From: an uncultured Spirochaetota bacterium
GTDB taxonomy: Bacteria > Spirochaetota > Spirochaetia > SZUA-6 > CAVTHK01
Length of the DNA: 64,000 nt
Assembly: GCA_963734495.1 (NCBI GenBank)
Contig: CAVTHK010000003.1
Span: 352,001-416,000 of the forward strand
Direction of reading: 5' to 3'
Below the pieces are notes generated by a model that saw nothing but the letters and a program-made list of their open reading frames with translations, made no database searches and was not told where the DNA came from. The position numbers were made by a program, and so were the translations under genes. Of this stretch, positions 43,374 through 51,507 are shown one piece after another (position 1 is the first letter of the stretch; the number at the start of each line of letters is the position of its first letter).

Positions 43374-45112
43374 CCAACCGGAAACACGAAGCCGACCTCT
43401 GCGTGATCGGCGGCGGCCTGGCGGGGCTGTGCGCGGCCGTGGCTGCCGCGCGGCACGGGGCGCGGGTCGTGCTCATGCAGGACAGGCCCGTGCTCGGCGG
43501 CAATGCCTCGAGCGAGGTGCGCATGTGGGTCTGCGGCGCCCACGGCGCCGGCAATCGCGAGACCGGCATCATCGAGGAGATCGAGCTCAGCAACATCCGG
43601 CGCAACCCGACGAAGAACTGGTCGCTCTGGGACTCGGTGCTCTACGAGAAGGCGCGCTTCGAGCCGAACATCACCCTGCTGCTGAACACGAGCTGCTTCG
43701 AGTGCCGCATGGACGGCGGCCGCATCGCCTCTGCGCGCGGCGTGCAGCTCACGACGCAGACCTTCCACACGGTGGAGGCGACGCTCTTTGCCGACTGCTC
43801 CGGCGACTCCGTGCTCGCGCCGCTCAGCGGCGCCGAGTTCCGCGAAGGACGCGAGGCACGCGGCGAGCACGGCGAGAGCATCGAGCCGGAGGCCGCGGAC
43901 GGCCTGCGCATGGGCTCGAGCTGCCTGATCCAGGCGAGGGAGACGAACCGGCCGCGACCCTTTACGCCGCCCGACTGGGCGTATGACTATCCGGACGAAC
44001 GGGACCTCGCGTTCCGCGACCACGACCTCCACGACCGGCGGACGAACTTCTGGTGGATCGAGACCGGCGGGCTCGGGGACACGATCGGCGACACGGAGGA
44101 GCATCGCGACGAGCTGCTCAAGATCGCCTTCGGCGTGTGGGACCACATCAAGAACCACGGCGATCACGGGGCGGAGAACTGGGAGCTGGAGTGGGTCGGG
44201 TTCCTGCCGGGCAAGCGGGAGAGCCGCCGCTACGTCGGCGACCACGTCATCACGCAGAACGACGTCGCGGCCGGCGGTCCCTTCGACGACATCGTCGCGT
44301 ACGGCGGCTGGACGATGGACGACCACCACCCCGCGGGCTTCGCCTACAAGGGCGAGCCCACGATCTTCCACCCGGCGCCCTCGCCCTGGGGCATCCCGTA
44401 CCGCAGCCTCTACTCGCGGAACGTGCCGAACCTGCTGTTCGCGGGGCGCAACATCAGCGCCACCCACGCCGCCCTGTCGTCGTCGCGCGTCATGCGCACG
44501 TGCGCGATCATCGGCCAGGCCGCGGGCACGGCGGCGGCCGTGGCGCTCGGCGCGCGGATCGCTCCGCGCGCGGTCTACCACGAACGGCTTGCGGACCTGC
44601 AGCAGGCGCTGATGACCGACGACGCGTGGCTGCCCGGCCGCGCTCGCGCCCCGTCGGCCCTGACGCGCGCGGCGCGCCTGTCGGCTTCCGTCGGCGACCC
44701 GGAGCCGCTGCGCGACGGAGTCGACCGGCCCGCCGGCGGCATCGACCACGGCTGGAGCGGGGGCCCCGGCTGCTGGGTCGAGCAGGCCTGGCCCGCGCTT
44801 CGCGAGATCCGGCGCATGCGCCTTGTCTTCGACAGCAACCTGAACCGCCACTACAGCGAGATGCGCCAGCGCGCCGGCTTTCCGCTGGGCGCGGAGCCGG
44901 TCGCGGTGGCGCCGGAGCTGGTGCGCTCGTTCCGCGTGGAGGCTCTCGGCGCCGGCGGCTCGTGGCGGACGGTCCACGAGGAGCGCGACAACCACCAGAG
45001 GCTCGCGTGGGTCCGGTTCAAGGAGCCGGTCCAGGCCCGCGCCGTTCGCCTCCTCCCCGGCGAGACCTGGGGCGCGAGCGAGAGGCATCTCTTCGCCTGG
45101 GACGTGGAGTGA
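43370..45112 (+). CDS. FAD-dependent oxidoreductase with C-terminal beta-sandwich (discoidin-like) domain
   Basis: IGGGLAG, DRPVLGGNASSE, DCSGDS, PGKRESRR, GRNISATH..LSSSRVMRTC; C-terminal FDSNLN, NHQRL, TWG. Confidence 0.88.
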   Translation: MTNRKHEADLCVIGGGLAGLCAAVAAARHGARVVLMQDRPVLGGNASSEVRMWVCGAHGAGNRETGIIEEIELSNIRRNPTKNWSLWDSVLYEKARFEPNITLLLNTSCFECRMDGGRIASARGVQLTTQTFHTVEATLFADCSGDSVLAPLSGAEFREGREARGEHGESIEPEAADGLRMGSSCLIQARETNRPRPFTPPDWAYDYPDERDLAFRDHDLHDRRTNFWWIETGGLGDTIGDTEEHRDELLKIAFGVWDHIKNHGDHGAENWELEWVGFLPGKRESRRYVGDHVITQNDVAAGGPFDDIVAYGGWTMDDHHPAGFAYKGEPTIFHPAPSPWGIPYRSLYSRNVPNLLFAGRNISATHAALSSSRVMRTCAIIGQAAGTAAAVALGARIAPRAVYHERLADLQQALMTDDAWLPGRARAPSALTRAARLSASVGDPEPLRDGVDRPAGGIDHGWSGGPGCWVEQAWPALREIRRMRLVFDSNLNRHYSEMRQRAGFPLGAEPVAVAPELVRSFRVEALGAGGSWRTVHEERDNHQRLAWVRFKEPVQARAVRLLPGETWGASERHLFAWDVE

Positions 45113-45123
45113 CGGGAGGAAAG

Positions 45124-46566
45124 ATGGGCAGGCTGAACGTGAGCGGGGTGTTCCCCCACCTGGCGGTGCAGGGCGACCTCGGGCCGCCGCGCACGGAAAC
45201 GGGCGTCGGGGCTCTCATGCCGTGGGCGGGCCGGCTGTGGATGGTGAGCTACGTGGCGCACACGCGGCGCAGCGGAAGCGGCAGCGGCCTCTACGAGATC
45301 GACCCCGAGCTCTGCCGTCACGAGGCGGCCCGAAAGCCGGGACGGCACCTACGCCAACCGCTACGTCCACTTCGAATCCAACCAGCTCTTCATCGGCCCG
45401 CACGTCATCGACGCCGAGCGCCGCGTCCGCACGATCGAGCCGCTCGTCGACTGCCGCCTGACGGCCGTGATGGATCACCTGTAGCGACCCCGAGCACAAG
45501 GTGTACGTGCTCACCATGGAAGGCGAGCTCTTCGAGGTCGACGTGCGCAGCCTGGCCGTGCGGCAGCTCTTCGATCTCGCGCGGGAGCTCGAGCTGCCCG
45601 CGGGCGCGCAGCCGCACTTCAAGGCGGGCTTCACCGCGCAGGGGCGCGTGATCGTGGCGAACAACACCTACGACAACCACGAGTTCATGGGCCTCCGCGC
45701 CGCGGGGCGCCTGGCCGAGTGGGACGGCTCCGCGTGGCGCATCGTCGAGCGCAGCCCGTTCTACGAGGTGCACGGCCGGCGGCGCATGGGCGGGCTCATC
45801 TACGCCGTCGGCTGGGACCGCGCGTCCGTGCTCCTGAAGACGCTGGTCGCGGGCGGCTGGGAGACCTACCGCCTGCCCAAAGCGAGCCAGAACTTCGACC
45901 ACATGTGGCAGGACGAGTGGCCGCGCATCCGCGAGGTGGAGCACGAGCGATTCCTCATGGACGCGCACGGCCAGTTCTACGAGCTGTCACCCCACGCGTG
46001 GGGCGGCGCCTCGGTGGCACAGAAGATAGAAACTGAAGTCTTCCCGACCGCGACCGCCGACGCCGGGCCCGGCGGCCGCATCTGGGGCGTGAGGCCGATC
46101 AGCCGTCACCTGGCGGTCGTGAGCGACTTCTGCAACTTCCGCGGCATGCTCGTCGCGGGCACCAACCAGGTGTCGCCGTTCAACGGCGACAACGTGCTCG
46201 CCGCCGAGCCGGACTCGGGCGTGTGGATCGGCAGGACGGACGACCTCTGGCGCTGCGGCAAGCCCGCGGGCTGGGGCGGCCCGTGGTGGGACGCCGAGGT
46301 GGTCGGCGGGCAGGCCCTCGGACCCGTTCCTGATGACCGGCTTCGAGCACAAGTGCCTGCACCTGCGCCACAGGGCGGACCGCACCGTGCGCTTCTCGGT
46401 CGAGGTCGACTTTCTCGGCGACGGGAGCTGGGCGCCCTATGTCGAGGCCGAGGTGCAGCGCGGCGGCTACGTCTGCCACGTGTTCCCCGCCGGCTTCAGC
46501 GCGCACTGGGCGAGGGTGACCGCGAGCGCCGCATGTCGGGCGACGGCGTACTTCACCTATACATGA
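45124..46566 (+). CDS. Uncharacterised conserved protein, probably beta-propeller (frameshifts ~45320, ~45480, ~46310)
   Basis: SGVFPHLA, ETGVGALMPWAGRLW / GTYANRYVHFESNQLFIGP / YRLPKAS, EWPRIREV, DDLW..GKP.GWGGPW / SDPFLMTGF. Confidence 0.7.
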
Positions 46567-46617
46567 GCGCCGCGGATCCGCCGCCCAGGGGTTCGGTCGC
46601 TCGATGATGCGGCGCCG

Positions 46618-48189
46618 TCACGCGCCGATCGGAAGCCCGACCGGGCCCTGTGCGGCCGCTACGCGCTGGACGGCCTGCACGATGTAGGCCGCCTGTCTTC
46701 GGAAATGGATGTACATGCCCATGAGGTTGGCCAGCGGCTCGAGGCACGCGGGTCTGGCGGCCAGCACAAAGAGCACGTTGCGCCAGAAGTAGGCCGACAC
46801 CGGAGGCACCAACCCGAGCCGCAGAGAGACCTTTGCAAAGGAGACCAGCATCCTGAGCTTTTCCAACATCGACGGCCGGTGCAGCGGGTGCGGTCTGAGG
46901 CCGAGGGCGAGCTTGAGGCAACGCCTGAAGTAGCATCTGGCGGCATAGATCCTGCGGACTACGTAGAGATAGTCGTCGACGATCTCGCTCCTCGCCCTCA
47001 GGGTGACGAAATTGAGGCCCATCGTGGTCTGATCGTCGCCCGCGGAATCACCGTCGAGGAGATTGGAACCTTCAACGAGTCTTCCTTCTGTGCGCAGCCT
47101 GCGCGCCAGCTGCGTGTTGGGCAGGGCGTGCAGCAGGCCCACCATGGCCATGCAGATCCTGCTCTTCTCGACCACATCGGCGATCGATCGCGCGGACGCG
47201 CGCGTCTCGTTGTCGAAGCCCACGATGAAGCCGCCGTTGACGATCATGCCGTGCGCGTAGATCTTCTCGAGGTCCCGCAGCAGCTCGCGATGCAGGTTCT
47301 GGCTCTTGTTGCTGGCGCGAAGCAGTTGCTCGTCGGCCGTCTCGATGCCGACAAACACGTAGCGAAAGTCCAGATCTCTCATCAGCTCGAGCAGCTCCCT
47401 GTCGTCGGCCAGGTTGATGCTCGCCTCCGTCGAGAAGTAGAACGGGTGGTGACGCGCTGCGGACCATCTCTTGATGGCGTTGAGGGTCACCTTGAGCCGC
47501 TTTTTGTCGCCGATGAAGTTGTCGTCGACGAAATCGACGTGGCCCCTGTAGCCGAGCCTGTACAGGGCTTCGAGCTCGGCGACGACCTGGGCCGCCGTCT
47601 TGCTGCGCGGCGATCTGCCGTACAGCTCTATGATGTCGCAGAACTCGCAGTTGAACGGGCAGCCGCGCGTGAGCTGGATGCCGATCATGAGGTAGTCGTC
47701 GAGACGAAGCAGGTCGAACCGGGGAACGGGGCTCTTCGTGACGTCGGGCCGGGGCCCCTCGGGACGATAGATCCCCTTTTCCGCATGGGCTTCCAGGTCC
47801 TTGAGAAAGACAGGCAGAGAGCACTCGCCCTCACCCAGAACCAGATAGTCGGCGCTCGCGTAGACGGAGGGCTGCGAAGTCGGGTCGGGACCGCCGACCA
47901 CCACTTTCCGGCCGACGGCGTGGACTCTGTCGATGAGCTTCAGGAGCGCGACCTGCTGAGGCAGCATGGCCCCTATGAAGACGAGATCAGCCCAGGCGAT
48001 GTCGGCGTCGCGCAGCCGGGCCGAATTCATGTCGACGAGCCGGATCTGCCAATCCCCGGGCAACAGGGCCGCAACGGTGATCAACCCGAGCGGAGCCGCG
48101 GGGTACCTGGCCCCGGCCAATCTGCAGACCTGTTTGTAGTTCCAGAACCCGTGCGCCGAGAACTCCGGATGGATCAAGAGGGCCTTCAC
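46618..48189 (-). CDS. B12-binding radical SAM protein with DUF4070-like C-terminus
   Basis: PLGLITVAALLP, VVGGP, RGCPFNCEFC, FVDDNFIG, TEASINLA, GGFIVGFD, ALPNTQL. Confidence 0.9.
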   Translation of the reverse strand: MKALLIHPEFSAHGFWNYKQVCRLAGARYPAAPLGLITVAALLPGDWQIRLVDMNSARLRDADIAWADLVFIGAMLPQQVALLKLIDRVHAVGRKVVVGGPDPTSQPSVYASADYLVLGEGECSLPVFLKDLEAHAEKGIYRPEGPRPDVTKSPVPRFDLLRLDDYLMIGIQLTRGCPFNCEFCDIIELYGRSPRSKTAAQVVAELEALYRLGYRGHVDFVDDNFIGDKKRLKVTLNAIKRWSAARHHPFYFSTEASINLADDRELLELMRDLDFRYVFVGIETADEQLLRASNKSQNLHRELLRDLEKIYAHGMIVNGGFIVGFDNETRASARSIADVVEKSRICMAMVGLLHALPNTQLARRLRTEGRLVEGSNLLDGDSAGDDQTTMGLNFVTLRARSEIVDDYLYVVRRIYAARCYFRRCLKLALGLRPHPLHRPSMLEKLRMLVSFAKVSLRLGLVPPVSAYFWRNVLFVLAARPACLEPLANLMGMYIHFRRQAAYIVQAVQRVAAAQGPVGLPIGA

Positions 48190-48289
48190 GCGAGCCGCCT
48201 CCGAAAAAGTACGACAGTGCCGCTTGCGCCGCCACGACAGAGACGCGGGCGGCCCCACGCGGGGCCGCCCGTGGATTGTCCTGCGGTCG

Positions 48290-48796
48290 CTAGCCCTGCT
48301 TGGCCCATTCCTGCCTGACCTGGTCCTTCATCTTCTCCCATTCCTTGTTCAGGGTGTCGTTCAGGCCCTTTTCCATCTCGAGCCGCGCCTTTTCCGACTG
48401 CCCCCGCAGCTGCGCGGTCATGTCCTTCGCCCAACGCTCCCTGATGCCCACCACCGCGGCTTCCCACTTCGCATTGTCCTTGGAGATCGCGGCGTCGGCA
48501 TCGGCGTAGAGCTTCTTCCCTTCGGTCGCCTCAGTCGACCCCGGCCGCTTCTCGAGGAGAACGGTGAGTGTCTCCTTGGCCTTGTTGAAGTCCCTGCTCG
48601 CGAACTGCGCCTTGGCGTCGGCCAGCAGCCGGCCCGGCTCGTACTGCGAGGCGTCGAGCTCTTTCACGAGCTGCGCATTCTGCCCCTTGACCTTGGAGAC
48701 CACCGTCACGCTCATGACGACGAGGACCAGCAGCCCTCCGATCACGAACGACATGATTCTGTTGACTGCCATCCGCAGCTTCTCGTTCTCGATCAT
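48290..48796 (-). CDS. Membrane-anchored coiled-coil/TPR-like protein, copy A (168 aa)
   Basis: AGGAG RBS; N-terminal TM (FVIGGLLVLVVMSVTVV); TPR-like AKAQF..RDFNKAKETL..LLEKRPGSTEA; helical tail. Confidence 0.85.
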   Translation of the reverse strand: MIENEKLRMAVNRIMSFVIGGLLVLVVMSVTVVSKVKGQNAQLVKELDASQYEPGRLLADAKAQFASRDFNKAKETLTVLLEKRPGSTEATEGKKLYADADAAISKDNAKWEAAVVGIRERWAKDMTAQLRGQSEKARLEMEKGLNDTLNKEWEKMKDQVRQEWAKQG

Positions 48797-49010
48797 CTTT
48801 CTTCTCCTGTGCTTCGCACCTTCCCCGCTCTGCGCGGGGAGCCGAGTTCCCTGGCCCCTGTCCCGCGAGCCCGAGGGGGACGCCCCCGCGCCCCATGCGC
48901 ATCCCGGGATGTCCTTCTGCCTTTCGGTTTCAAGTCGCGGGCCACTCCTCCAGCGTGGCCGTCGCCGCGGCGTTTGCCTCCCGGCAACCGCCGGTCGACC
49001 AGTGTTCGTG

Positions 49011-49089
49011 TAGATCATACTGCAAGAGCAGTAAGAAAAGCAAGAGCAAAAAGCATGAAGTTGACAATAAGAATTGCAAAGACTATACT
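49011..49089. promoter_or_regulatory. Back-to-back sigma70 promoters with phased 9-bp repeats, copy A
   Basis: Plus strand TTGACA-N17-TATACT (49061-49089); minus strand TTGCTT-N18-TATGAT; GCAAGAGCA/GTAAGAAAA/GCAAGAGCA at 49022/31/40. Confidence 0.8.
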
Positions 49090-49114
49090 CAGGGGGCCGA
49101 AACAGGGGAGGATC

Positions 49115-49318
49115 ATGCCAAAGATCACCAACACCAAAGCGACCGCGTTCACCATCAAAGGCGTGGACCGCGATCTCGCCAACCGGTTCCGGGCCGCCTG
49201 CCACATCAGGGGCAAGCTGTACCGCGACGTGCTGCTGGAGCTCATGGAGCAGTACGCGCGCGAGAACCTGCCGCTCAAGGGAAGCCCGGGCGGCGGCGCT
49301 TCGCCCAAGAGGAGCTGA
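49115..49318 (+). CDS. ParG/CopG-like ribbon-helix-helix protein, copy A (67 aa)
   Basis: GGAGG RBS; FTIKGV strand, DRDLANRFRAACHIRG helix, YRDVLLELMEQY helix. Confidence 0.8.
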   Translation: MPKITNTKATAFTIKGVDRDLANRFRAACHIRGKLYRDVLLELMEQYARENLPLKGSPGGGASPKRS

Positions 49319-49550
49319 AGATGAAGCCTGCGCATGAGCGGAGAAGGTAGGGACGACGCTCAAACGCGCGTAGTGCATCGGTACAGGTCATCAAATCCCG
49401 TTCCCGGAGCGTTCGATTCTGGGCGAGCTGGCTCTCCACGGCTAACATCGCGGCGAGCCAGCTTCGTCTCCCTCCTGGCTGCCCGTGGATGGGATCGGTG
49501 GGTTATGCTCCCGGCGCAAGGAACAGGGAGGGTGGCCCCCCCCTTACGCC

Positions 49551-49853
49551 TCACACCTGGACGACGCTGTTCACACCGCCGTACTCGTTCAGGGCCTGCG
49601 CCGCTGCGGCCGGGTCGCTATGCCAGTCTCCGTCGACGACAAACTTGTATTGGTATTCGCCTGGAGCCAGGTCGAGCTTGATGCGGAAGACCCCGTCCTT
49701 CTTCAACATTCGATTCGCCTTCGGGTCCCAACCGTTGAAGCTGCCGGCCAAGTGCACCTCTTTGGCCAGCGGATGCAGGTTCCATGCAAAGGCTACCTCT
49801 CGCGTCCTGGTCTCCGTGGCCGCCGCCGCCCTGATCCTCGTCGTCTTCGCCAT
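49551..49853 (-). CDS. Stand-alone glycogen-binding CBM48/AMPK-beta-like domain protein
   Basis: AKEVHLAGSFNGW, LAPGEYQYKFVVDGDW..DP, NEYGGVNSV; GAGG RBS. Confidence 0.9.
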   Translation of the reverse strand: MAKTTRIRAAAATETRTREVAFAWNLHPLAKEVHLAGSFNGWDPKANRMLKKDGVFRIKLDLAPGEYQYKFVVDGDWHSDPAAAAQALNEYGGVNSVVQV

Positions 49854-50056
49854 AATCACATTCCTCTCCTTGTGGATTGCCTCCCCGAGCGTATAGGCGG
49901 CACAGGGAGGATGTAGTTGTTCGCAAGAGATGAGCCGGAAGTCCCGAGGCGCAATCCCCGGGTGACTTTGTCGGCACGGAGTTGGCTCCGCTCCATACCG
50001 CCATGACAAGTACGGACGGCCCCGCGCGGGGCCGTCCGTCGATTGCCCGGGGGTTG

Positions 50057-50563
50057 CTACCCCTGCTTCTCCCATTCCTGCCTGACCTGGGCCTTCATCT
50101 TTTCCCATTCCTTGCCCAAGGTGTCGTTCAGGCCCGTTTCCATCTCGAGCCGGGCCTTCTCCGACTGCCCCCGCAGCTGCGCGGTCATGTCCTTCGCCCA
50201 GCGCTCCCTGATGCCTACCACCGCGGCTTCCCACTTCGCATTGTCCTTGGAGATCGCGGCGTCGGCGTCGGCGTAGAGCTTCTTCCCCTCGGTCGTCTCA
50301 TTCGCGCCGGGGCGCTTCTCGAAGAGAACGGTGAGTGTCTGCTTGACCTTGTCGAACTCGCGGTTCGCGAATTGCGCCTTGGCGTCGGCCAGCAGCCGGC
50401 CCGGCTCGTACTGCGAAGCGTCAAGCTCTTTCACGAGCTGCGCGTTCTCCCCCTTGACCTTGGAGACCACCGTCACGCTCATGACGACGAGGACCAGCAG
50501 CCCTCCGATCACGAACGACATGATTCTGTTGACTGCTATCCGCAGTTTCTCGTTCTGGATCAT
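50057..50563 (-). CDS. Membrane-anchored coiled-coil/TPR-like protein, copy B (168 aa)
   Basis: Near-identical paralog of 48290-48796, same length, intact frame. Confidence 0.85.
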   Translation of the reverse strand: MIQNEKLRIAVNRIMSFVIGGLLVLVVMSVTVVSKVKGENAQLVKELDASQYEPGRLLADAKAQFANREFDKVKQTLTVLFEKRPGANETTEGKKLYADADAAISKDNAKWEAAVVGIRERWAKDMTAQLRGQSEKARLEMETGLNDTLGKEWEKMKAQVRQEWEKQG

Positions 50564-50752
50564 CTTTCTTCTCCTGTGCTTCGCACCTTCCCCGCTCATG
50601 CGGGGAGCCGAGTTTCCCACCCCCTGTCCCGTGAGCCCGAGGGGCCTCACCCGTTCCTTGGGCTCGGGAGTTCCGCCTGCCGGTCGCGGGGCCCCCCCAG
50701 CGTGGCCATCGCCATGGCGTTCATGCCACCCGGCTCGCAGGCGTGGCTGCCT

Positions 50753-50784
50753 GCTGTCGGCGCGCCTGCCCGGGCGCCGACAGC
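50753..50784 (-). terminator. 11-bp hairpin after the small ORF 50792-50998
   Basis: GCTGTCGGCGC-N10-GCGCCGACAGC, 7 nt past the stop codon. Confidence 0.55.
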
Positions 50785-50791
50785 CGTCCCC

Positions 50792-50998
50792 CTAAGGCAA
50801 GCGCCCGCGACGAGCGGCGGTTTCGGCTTCGCCCGCGGCGGTCAGGTAGTACTCCATGCCGCGCAAGGGGCCGCGGACCCAGACCGCCCGCAGGTATCCA
50901 GCCTTTGCCAGCCGCCTGACCGCCCGCCAGCTCTCCATGCCGCATATTCGGCGCCCGGTCAGATCCAGGCGTTCGCCGTCGAGTGTCACCCGTCTCAT
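50792..50998 (-). CDS. Small basic protein, winged-helix-like (68 aa)
   Basis: GGAGG RBS; AVRRLAKAGYL...YYLTAAGE resembles a wHTH recognition helix and wing. Confidence 0.6.
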   Translation of the reverse strand: MRRVTLDGERLDLTGRRICGMESWRAVRRLAKAGYLRAVWVRGPLRGMEYYLTAAGEAETAARRGRLP

Positions 50999-51041
50999 CG
51001 CTTTCCTCCCGCCTGCGCCGCCGGCAAACGCCCTCGGCTCA

Positions 51042-51129
51042 CTGCTCTTATAGATTATACTGTAAGAGCAGCAAGAAAAGCAAGAGCACAAAGAATAAAG
51101 TTGACAATAAGAATTGCAAAGACTATACT
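51042..51129. promoter_or_regulatory. Back-to-back sigma70 promoters with phased 9-bp repeats, copy B
   Basis: Plus strand TTGACA-N17-TATACT (51101-51129); minus strand TTGCTT-N18-TATAAT; GTAAGAGCA/GCAAGAAAA/GCAAGAGCA at 51062/71/80; inverted repeat CTGCTCTTA..TAAGAGCAG. Confidence 0.8.
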
Positions 51130-51152
51130 TGAAGAATCGAAGGACGGAGAAT

Positions 51153-51356
51153 ATGCCAAAGATCACAAACACTAAAGTGACGGCGTTCACGATCAAAGCT
51201 GTGGACCGCGATCTCGCCAACCGCTTCCGGGCCGCCTGCCACATCAGGGGCAAGCTGTATCACGATGTGCTGCTGGAGCTCATGGAGCAGTACGCGCGTG
51301 AGAACCTGCCCTTCACAGGAAGCTTGAGCGGCGGCGCGTCGGCCACGACGAACTGA
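51153..51356 (+). CDS. ParG/CopG-like ribbon-helix-helix protein, copy B (67 aa)
   Basis: MPKITNTKVTAFTIKAVDRDLANRFRAACHIRGKLYHDVLLELMEQY; GGAG RBS. Confidence 0.8.
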   Translation: MPKITNTKVTAFTIKAVDRDLANRFRAACHIRGKLYHDVLLELMEQYARENLPFTGSLSGGASATTN

Positions 51357-51507
51357 AGGACCGCCGGCTGTCCTTGCGCCGCGGGAACGCGGCGGGAGCA
51401 CAGCCGGAAGGAGTTGACCGCGAGCCGTCCGGCAACCCGACGGGAAGGCGCGCTCCTGGCGGATCTAGGGGTGCGTTGGCGCGGACGGCGGCGGAGAGGA
51501 GACCAGC

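Larger units (their letters stand above)
48245..49300. repeat. Diverged tandem duplication, copy A (hairpin + TM/TPR gene + leader + promoter block + RHH gene)
   Basis: Collinear with 50012-51340; long identical stretches in both ORFs and the promoter block. Confidence 0.93.
50012..51340. repeat. Diverged tandem duplication, copy B (carries an extra ~290-nt segment with a small ORF)
   Basis: Collinear with 48245-49300; offset 1767 at the TM gene and 2040 at the promoter block. Confidence 0.93.

Noticed and set aside
46567-46617. att-like direct repeat with ~63063 (TGATGCG) bounding the island
   Set aside because: Only 7 nt of identity, expected by chance; no tRNA or integrase
48940-48985. 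c-di-GMP-I riboswitch (minus-strand GGCAAAC...stem...CACGC)
   Set aside because: Lacks GACGCAAAG and the P2 stem, and GGCAAAC is not conserved in copy B
49022-49048. Short repeats as a CRISPR array or replication iterons
   Set aside because: Only 9-bp contiguous units with no spacers, and no cas or rep gene nearby
49424-49466. Hairpin GAGCTGGCTC...GAGCCAGCTT as an sRNA
   Set aside because: Lies between convergent genes and is absent from copy B; most simply a terminator-like stem
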